From: a bacterium
GTDB lineage: Bacteria > Patescibacteriota > Doudnabacteria > UBA920
Length of the DNA: 64,000 bases
Direction: 5' to 3'
NCBI GenBank assembly: GCA_021825655.1
Contig: JAKAGU010000005.1
Location: forward strand, 12,400 to 76,399
Shown here piece by piece: positions 57,683-64,000 of the stretch (positions are counted from its first letter, which is position 1; every line of letters begins with the position of its first letter). Made by a program: the position numbers and the translations under genes. The notes under the pieces are model-generated. The model was not told the origin of the DNA and searched no databases. It was given only the letters and a program-made list of their open reading frames with translations.

Positions 57683-57686
57683 CCTC

Positions 57687-57959
57687 ATGAGCCGGGAACA
57701 AGGCGGGGAGTTTGAAAAGAATTTTGACGAATTGGATTTGCACGGCATGTCCCTCAGGGAAGCGGAGCATGCCGTGGAGTTGTTTTTATTCTCGCTGCAC
57801 AAATCCGGAACCGGCTCGGGCAAAATTGTTACGGGCAGGGGGTCGGGCGTGCTGTATAACGGCATAAAAAGGTATCTGGAGAAACATGATTTGGTTAGGA
57901 AGGTTTTTGATCCGCCTGACAGTACGGGCGCAGCCTTTCTGGTTGAATTGGAAAATTAA
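57687..57959 (+). CDS. Smr-domain protein
   Basis: LDLHGMSLREA...IVTGRGSG Smr signature. Confidence 0.75.
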   Translation: MSREQGGEFEKNFDELDLHGMSLREAEHAVELFLFSLHKSGTGSGKIVTGRGSGVLYNGIKRYLEKHDLVRKVFDPPDSTGAAFLVELEN

Positions 57960-58135
57960 AAAATCCACCTTAAGGTGGATTTTTTAATGGTCGGACTGCT
58001 GGAAACCCTCTTCGCTCCGACTCGTAAGCCTAGGGTGCTACACTCAAAAGCTCCAAATAGTCGCTTTTTTCTCGCACCCTTCGATTCCCTCACTATTAAC
58101 CAAAAGAGAGTATCGAAAAGTTCGACACTCTCTTT

Positions 58136-58209
58136 TGGTCGGGCTGCTGGGAATCGAACCCAGTCTACCTGCTCCCAAAGCAGGCGTACTACCGGTATAC
58201 TACAGCCCG
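58136..58209 (-). tRNA. tRNA-Pro (anticodon UGG)
   Basis: Reverse complement folds as acceptor CGGGCTG/CAGCCCG, anticodon stem CCTGC/GCAGG with loop TTTGGGA, T-arm GGTTCGATTCC, ACCA. Confidence 0.85.
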
Positions 58210-58276
58210 AGGTCCAGAGGATATTTTACCATTAGTCTTTGGATTTAACAATTCTGTATAAATAAGACAAGCTTGC

Positions 58277-58305
58277 TTGACGCGAGGTGAAAAGTGTTTT
58301 ATAAT
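58277..58305 (+). promoter_or_regulatory. promoter TTGACG-17-TATAAT about 850 nt upstream of the large surface-protein gene
   Basis: Read directly; no ORF between it and 59152. A second weaker -10 TATAAT lies at ~58606. Confidence 0.5.
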
Positions 58306-59151
58306 GCGGGAAGTTATGACTACTTTTTTGGAAGTGTTAGAGAGTTTTAAAAATTTGGAAACTGGGTCCCAGAAGACCGGAAAATACCTACAATTTAAGG
58401 TTTTGGCTTATTTAAGCTGAAAATTGTGGTTGTTTTCCGGCTTTTTGATTTTTTGGAAATTTGCCGGGAAATCTGTTTTTAAGGTGTAACAAACCCCAAA
58501 AACTAACGTCTATACATGTGTAAGTCCCAATTTTAGCCTCTGGTAAAGGTTAAAATAGGGAAAATGCCTAAAAACTGCTTATTTTTAGGCAAACAGCCTC
58601 CTATAATGGGGGGTGAATCTCTAGAAGTCTTGAAACAAAAACTCTTAAATTCAAGGCTATTTTATATATTTCGCTTATATATGCGAAACATATAACAGAA
58701 ACAAATGCGTTTTTATCCCAAAATGTTACTAAATGGCTCGAAAATGCATACAACATAGGGTTGAAAACGTATAACTTAGGTAACAAGCTTGGAAAAGTGC
58801 CTTTTTTACAGCAAAGGTACTTTTCCGGGCTGGTAACCCTGGTTAAATCCCTTCGGGTAAATTTAACTGGGCAAGTACGGTCCGGAAAATAATTTATTGG
58901 GCGCTTGCAGACGGCAAGCTGCCCTGGTCCCCGAAAAGCCTGTCTTTTTAGGGGGCGGTCGATCTTCGCGGCGCATAGTCGTCCGTGAACTAACCCAATA
59001 CATCTCGTCTTGCTACGAGTTTTAAGGCGATCTCTAGAGCGCTTTCAAGCAAACGGCCAGGCAGATGTAAAACCCAATTAATATTCTCTGAAAACCAGTT
59101 GATTGTCTCAATTGAATAATCAACCCTTCAGAGAGAGGATAAAACTCTAAA

Positions 59152-62100
59152 ATGCAAACTTCTGTCGCAAAGAAAATCTTTGCTGTAGGGGTAGCTGCTT
59201 CTACCGTTTTGATGTCCTTGGCTCCGTTCGCGGCTCAGGCTGCGTCCCACGCCGAAGGCACCAACGTTAAAGCTTCCGATGGTACGGTTTCCATGATCAT
59301 CGGTGGCCAGCGCCGCCCTTACACTTCCGCCGGTGCATTCCTTTCCTACGGCTTCAACTCCTGGAGCTCGGTTGTGGATGCTAACGCGGACGATTTGGCC
59401 CTTCCGGTCGGATCTTTCATCCCTCCGCAGGACGGCAAAATCATCTGCTCCGACCGCGGAGCTGACAAAGGCACCTGCTACCTGATTACCGGTGGCCAGA
59501 AAGCCGGCTTTACCAGCGCGGCTGTCTTTACGGGCCTTGGCTTTAGCTTCGCTCGCTCTCAAATGGGCGACGTGTCCTGGATGACCTCCACGACAAACAT
59601 TGACAACACCACCGCGGCTCACCGCGCTGGCGTGCTTGTCAACAACAACGGTACTGTCTACTTGGTCGGTGCTACCGGCCTTTTGGGCATTCCCGACATT
59701 GCTACCTTCAACAGCTGGGGTTACAGCTTCTCCGATGTCGTTGTGGCTAACGCCGCCGACAAGGCGATGTCCCAGACCGGCGTGATGGCTGCTCGCACTG
59801 CGGGCCAGCTTTCCCCGACTGCCTTGACCGGTTCCGGTTCTGGCAGCGGCAGCGGTAGCGTGGTTTCCGGCAATGTCAGCGCCATGTTGGCTTCTGACAC
59901 CCCGGCTGCCAATACTGTCATCACTACTCCGGTAGCCTCTCCTCAGCCCGCCGGTCAGTCTGTTGCGGATTTGGCTCATTTCGCCTTCTCCGGTTCCGGC
60001 ACAGTTACCCAAGTTGTCTTGAACAGAATCGGCATTTCTGCTGACACTGTCTTGAGCAACGTGTACCTGTACGTGAACAACAACAAGGTTACCGATGCGG
60101 CCAGTTTCTCCAACGGCGTGTTGACTTTCAACAACCCGGCTGGCATCTTTACCGTCAGCGGCAACACCGTTGTTTCGGTAAGGGCTGATATTGCTGGTGG
60201 TGTTGGCTCCGGCCAGACCATTGGTGTGCAGTTGTCTTCCTATACGGTTGCCAACGGTACCCCGGCAACTGTTTCCCTTTCTGGTAATCTCATGACCGTG
60301 GCTTCTGTTTCTGACATGGCTACTTTCACCTTGACCGCTGTTCCGACCCCGTCGGCCACCGGCAATGTGACTGCTGGCACTATGAACCAGAGCCTGTGGT
60401 CCGGCAACTTCAACGTGGGTACCCGCAAGGTCAACCTGAAGTATGTGGCCTTCAAACAGGTCGGCTCCGTGCCGGTTGGTTCTTTGCAGAACATGAAATT
60501 GTACGTGGCCGGTTCCCCGGTTGGCTCTCCTGTAGCCACCCTGGACTCCACCAACAACGTAGTGTTTGATATGTCCGGTTCCCCGGTGACTTTGAACACC
60601 GGTTCCCAGACCATTGAACTCCGCGGTGATGTAATTAAGGGTTCTTCCTTTAACTACACCTTCCGCATCCAGACGTCTTCTGACATTGTTGCGGTTGACA
60701 CCAACTATGGCGTTAACCTTCCTGTAGCCTTGAGCGGCGGTGCGGTTTTGCCCGCTACCACGGCTGCCCAAACCATTTCCCAGGGTTCTACTTCCACCCA
60801 GCAGGATGCTTCTTTCACGCAGACTCAGGTGGTCAAGAATTCCTCTAACGTGACTTTGGGCCAGTGGACCATGAAGGCTTACGGCGAAGATGTCAAAGTC
60901 CAGACCATGAATGTCGTGGTCAACTACTTTGACTCCACCGGCGCTGCCACTACCACGACTGCTACCGAAGGCTTTAACAACCTCGGTATCTACGTGAACG
61001 GCGGTATGGTTGGTTCCTCTCAGACCACTGTGGCTCAGACTGGCACCACCCACACTAAGACCTATGGTACGACCAACTTGTTCACCATCCCGGCCGGTAC
61101 TACCGTGACTATCGCGGTTAAGGGCGACATGGCTTTGGACTCCGGCACGAAAGTGGCTTCTGTCCGGGCTGACATTGTTACCCCGGCCAACTCCATGCAG
61201 GGTGTGACTTCTTACCAGACCTTCCCGACTAACCCGGCCACCTTCCAGGGTGTGTCCCAGTCTGTGGTCACTTCCAGCATTACCTTGGCTAAGAATGGTT
61301 CTTTGGCCAACGGTACTCTTAGCACCAATGTGGCTAAGCAGAAGATTGGTTCTTACACTGTCCAGGCTTCCAGCGCTGACGGCGTGAGAGTTTCCAGCCT
61401 GACTGTGGCCATTTCCGGTACTTTGGGCACCACCAACCTGGCTAACCTGTACATCCAGACCCCGTCTGGCTCTGCTACTCCGGTTAACCCGCAGCCTTCC
61501 AACAACTTCTCCGTTGACTTCACGGTTGCGGCCAACCAGGCTGCCACGGTTGATGTCTACGCTGACGTTACCAATGCCACCGGCACTGTGACCACCACCC
61601 TTTTGGGTACGGGCACGGGCACGGTCAGCGGCCAGACTGTTTACTTAAACTCCACCGGTTTGTCCGGCGGCGCTGCGGTAACCGGCCAGACCATGACTTC
61701 CGGCACTGGCACTATTACCAACCCGCCGACTTTGAACACCGGTTCTTCTCCGGTGGCCCAGTTCGTGGTTGGCTCTACCAGCAGCACCAACCAGCCGTTG
61801 GCGACTTACACCTTTGTGTCTAGCAGTGGTGCGTCGACCATCACTGAGTTGCACTTCACCGTTTCCGGCACCAACACCCCGACTGACACCCCGATTACGA
61901 AAGTATACGTGGGCGGCCAGTCCGGCAACGTGCTGAACAACGGTACCACCGAGACGGTTACTGTGACCGGTTTGAACATTTCTGTGCCGAACAGCACAGC
62001 AGGTTTGAACGTGCCGGTTACGGTTGACTTTGCTCCGGTCAGCTCCACGGGCGGCGTTGCGTCCGGTAAGACTGCCTATTTGACCTTGACTTATGTCAAG

Positions 62101-62664
62101 TACACTTCCGGTGGTGTTACCACGACCTTCAGCCCGAGTGTTGCTTCCCCGACCATGACCTTGGTTGCGTCTAAGCCCACTGTGGCCGCGACTCAGCCGA
62201 CCAACAAGTTGGCTGTTGCCAACATCGAAGCTATTGACGTAGCTGTTACGGCTGACGCCAATGGCGACATTACGCTCAACAGCATTCCGTTGACCATTGG
62301 TTTGAGCGGCGCGCAGGCGAGCTCCACCTCGACCAGCAACATTCTTGTTTACAGGTCTACTGACCTGACCACCAACATTGCCACTTCCAACACTGCGTTG
62401 GGCGCGGTTACTGGCGGTACCAGCACTGTTACCTTGGACAACACCAAGACCAGAATTACTGCTGGCCAGACTTTGAATTTGAAGGTCTTCGTCACGTTGA
62501 CCCAGGTGACCTCTGCCACTTCCGGCAGCGACTCCATGGCGACCAACATGGCGACTGGTTCCGGCTTTAGCTGGACCGACACTGCTGGCGGCGGCTCTGC
62601 CACCACCGGCACTTCGCTCATCTCCGGCTACCCGAGCACCTTCACCTCTATTGTTACCAACTAA
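59152..62664 (+). CDS. large secreted Thr/Ser/Gly/Ala/Val-rich surface protein (1170 aa), candidate S-layer protein
   Basis: Signal peptide MQTSVAKKIFAVGVAASTVLMSLAPFAAQA; three N-terminal ~40-aa repeats (..AGAFLSYGFNSWSSVVDANADD.., ..AAVFTGLGFSFARSQMGDVSW.., ..IATFNSWGYSFSDVVVANAAD..); a long beta-rich, low-charge, nearly Cys-free body. Confidence 0.75.
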   Translation: MQTSVAKKIFAVGVAASTVLMSLAPFAAQAASHAEGTNVKASDGTVSMIIGGQRRPYTSAGAFLSYGFNSWSSVVDANADDLALPVGSFIPPQDGKIICSDRGADKGTCYLITGGQKAGFTSAAVFTGLGFSFARSQMGDVSWMTSTTNIDNTTAAHRAGVLVNNNGTVYLVGATGLLGIPDIATFNSWGYSFSDVVVANAADKAMSQTGVMAARTAGQLSPTALTGSGSGSGSGSVVSGNVSAMLASDTPAANTVITTPVASPQPAGQSVADLAHFAFSGSGTVTQVVLNRIGISADTVLSNVYLYVNNNKVTDAASFSNGVLTFNNPAGIFTVSGNTVVSVRADIAGGVGSGQTIGVQLSSYTVANGTPATVSLSGNLMTVASVSDMATFTLTAVPTPSATGNVTAGTMNQSLWSGNFNVGTRKVNLKYVAFKQVGSVPVGSLQNMKLYVAGSPVGSPVATLDSTNNVVFDMSGSPVTLNTGSQTIELRGDVIKGSSFNYTFRIQTSSDIVAVDTNYGVNLPVALSGGAVLPATTAAQTISQGSTSTQQDASFTQTQVVKNSSNVTLGQWTMKAYGEDVKVQTMNVVVNYFDSTGAATTTTATEGFNNLGIYVNGGMVGSSQTTVAQTGTTHTKTYGTTNLFTIPAGTTVTIAVKGDMALDSGTKVASVRADIVTPANSMQGVTSYQTFPTNPATFQGVSQSVVTSSITLAKNGSLANGTLSTNVAKQKIGSYTVQASSADGVRVSSLTVAISGTLGTTNLANLYIQTPSGSATPVNPQPSNNFSVDFTVAANQAATVDVYADVTNATGTVTTTLLGTGTGTVSGQTVYLNSTGLSGGAAVTGQTMTSGTGTITNPPTLNTGSSPVAQFVVGSTSSTNQPLATYTFVSSSGASTITELHFTVSGTNTPTDTPITKVYVGGQSGNVLNNGTTETVTVTGLNISVPNSTAGLNVPVTVDFAPVSSTGGVASGKTAYLTLTYVKYTSGGVTTTFSPSVASPTMTLVASKPTVAATQPTNKLAVANIEAIDVAVTADANGDITLNSIPLTIGLSGAQASSTSTSNILVYRSTDLTTNIATSNTALGAVTGGTSTVTLDNTKTRITAGQTLNLKVFVTLTQVTSATSGSDSMATNMATGSGFSWTDTAGGGSATTGTSLISGYPSTFTSIVTN

Positions 62665-62892
62665 CAATTGGGTATAGTGCTTAGGCCTGTCCTAAGATGC
62701 GTTGGCTGAAACGTTAAATCAGCACAAACTCCTCCGCCCCCCAAAGGGCGGGGGAGTTTTGTTTAGGCTTGAAAAAACCTGTAAAATATGCTAAAATATA
62801 TGGGTAATTTAAGAAATCAGAAACGGCTCAAATCTTATTTGACGGGGTAAACATTTGACGGGGCAAACTTAGAATTAATTGAAAATAATTAG

Positions 62893-64000
62893 ATGAAAGC
62901 GTTTTTTTCCAAACATAAGAAAAAGTTGATTTGGCTGGGCATAATTGTCGTGGTGGTCGGCTTTTTTGTTATCCGCAGTCGCAAAACCGACACTTCCGGC
63001 ACCCAGACTGATACGGTAAAAAAACAGGATTTAAAACAAACGGTTTTGGCTACCGGCCAGGTGACCAGCGAGACTGATTTGTCTTTGAGTTTTAAGACTT
63101 CTGGCGTGGTAGGCCGGGTGCCGGTGAAAGTGGGGGACAAGGTAAAGGCCGGCAGCATTTTGGCCAGTTTGCAGGCCAACGACGTGGCCGCACAGGTAAC
63201 CCAAGCCCGGGGTGCGCTAGCCCAAGCCCAGGCGAATTACCAGAAAGTTTTAAACGGCGCTTCCAATGAAGATGTGGCTGTGGCCCAGGTGACTTTGGAT
63301 AATGCCAAGACTAATTTGGTGACTACAACCCAGCAGCAGCAGGTGGCCGTAGACAACGCCTACAAGGCGCTGATGAATTCCGGCCTGGCTGCCATTCCCG
63401 GCACGGGCAATACAGGCAGTGTGACAGCCACCATTACCGGTACTTATACGGGCAAGGATCAGGGTTTGTATAAAGTAAATATTATTGCCACAGGCGATGG
63501 GTTTAAATACCAGTATTCGGGCCTGGAAACCGGCGGCGGCAATGTGGACGTTACGCCCCAGCCTTTGGGCACTAAAGGGTTATATATCCAATTTTCCAGC
63601 ACCAGCGTGCCGACCAATAACACTTGGACTGTGAGCCTGCCTAATACCCAGGCAACAGCTTACGTGACCAATTACAATGCCTACCAGGCGGCTTTGCAGG
63701 CGCAGAGTGTGGCCATTAGCCAGGCGCAGGCCAGCGTAGACGCTGCCCAGGCCGCTTTGGACTTAAAGCGGGCCAAGGCCCGGCCAGCGGATTTGGACGC
63801 TGCCCAGGCCGCAATTTTGACGGCACAGGGCCAGGTGCAGGCCGCGCAGGCGAGCTTGGACAATACGGTTATTGTTGCGCCTTCGGACGGCACTGTTACT
63901 TCGGTGGATGTTAAAGTCGGCGAGCTGGCCACTGCTTTAAAGGAAGCAATTATTTTGCAGGACGTGAGCAACCTGCATGTGGAAGCCAATATTTCCGAGG
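62893..64000 (+). CDS. HlyD-family periplasmic adaptor (membrane fusion protein); 3' end lies outside the window
   Basis: N-terminal TM, biotinyl/lipoyl-like and coiled-coil hairpins (VGRVPVKVGDKVKAGSILASL...; NYQKVL...ASNEDVAVAQVTLDNAKTNL; ...IVAPSDGTVTSVDVKVGE). The frame is open to the window end and is absent from the ORF track because no stop falls within the window. Confidence 0.75.
   Translation, partial: MKAFFSKHKKKLIWLGIIVVVVGFFVIRSRKTDTSGTQTDTVKKQDLKQTVLATGQVTSETDLSLSFKTSGVVGRVPVKVGDKVKAGSILASLQANDVAAQVTQARGALAQAQANYQKVLNGASNEDVAVAQVTLDNAKTNLVTTTQQQQVAVDNAYKALMNSGLAAIPGTGNTGSVTATITGTYTGKDQGLYKVNIIATGDGFKYQYSGLETGGGNVDVTPQPLGTKGLYIQFSSTSVPTNNTWTVSLPNTQATAYVTNYNAYQAALQAQSVAISQAQASVDAAQAALDLKRAKARPADLDAAQAAILTAQGQVQAAQASLDNTVIVAPSDGTVTSVDVKVGELATALKEAIILQDVSNLHVEANISE

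Noticed and set aside
58560-58600. Hairpin GCCTAAAAACTGCTTATTTTTAGGC in the long leader, considered as a terminator of a separate upstream sRNA
   Set aside because: It is not followed by a T-run on the plus strand, so it is more likely one of several stabilising stem-loops of the 5' UTR. It remains unresolved without expression data.
59128-62667. 641-aa and 340-aa minus-strand ORFs within the surface-protein gene
   Set aside because: Gly/Arg/Val-rich antisense artefacts of the T/S/G-rich coding strand. The plus-strand frame has a signal peptide and runs 1170 codons.

Overview
This 64-kb window reads like a small, gene-dense bacterial chromosome segment, plausibly from a reduced-genome Patescibacteria/CPR-type organism. 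That placement is inference from gene content, not proven. The backbone is housekeeping: topA, dprA, pth, der, an LCP-family protein, lepB, rpsU, ftsA and ftsZ, purB, a B12 module (nrdR-nrdJ-btuR with a B12-binding lipoprotein and an ECF S-component), comEC, ppiase, ndk, rsh, fpg, groES/groEL with a CIRCE operator, rpmF, nusB, hupB, metK behind a SAM-I riboswitch, a tkt-glpX-aldolase-LOG-tal sugar-phosphate module, and three tRNAs (Val-CAC, Gly-UCC, Pro-UGG). Several islands in this backbone differ from it in base composition, judged by eye. The most striking island is a ~7-kb insertion that splits the normally adjacent ftsA and ftsZ genes. It carries a GC-rich proline-repeat membrane protein with a long structured leader. 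It also carries a two-gene operon encoding a small acidic protein and a 1561-aa giant protein with glycine-zipper membrane segments and a C-terminal HExxH zincin motif. Other notable loci follow.
- **Candidate S-layer protein:** a 1170-aa gene behind a consensus promoter and a ~850-nt untranslated leader, with three N-terminal ~40-aa repeats.
- **AT-rich insertion:** a 431-aa gene flanked by 24-bp near-identical direct repeats.
- **Small-membrane-protein operon:** five tightly packed GC-rich small ORFs after groEL, behind a long leader.
- **Candidate 6S-like sRNA:** about 200 nt between dprA and pth.
- **tRNA-Val precursor:** a leader-trailer processing stem plus a duplicated 5' segment.
- **Degenerate HisRS-like paralog:** conserved class II active-site motifs appear lost.

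No CRISPR arrays, transposases or integrases were seen. All coordinates were hand-counted and may be off by 1 or 2 nt.
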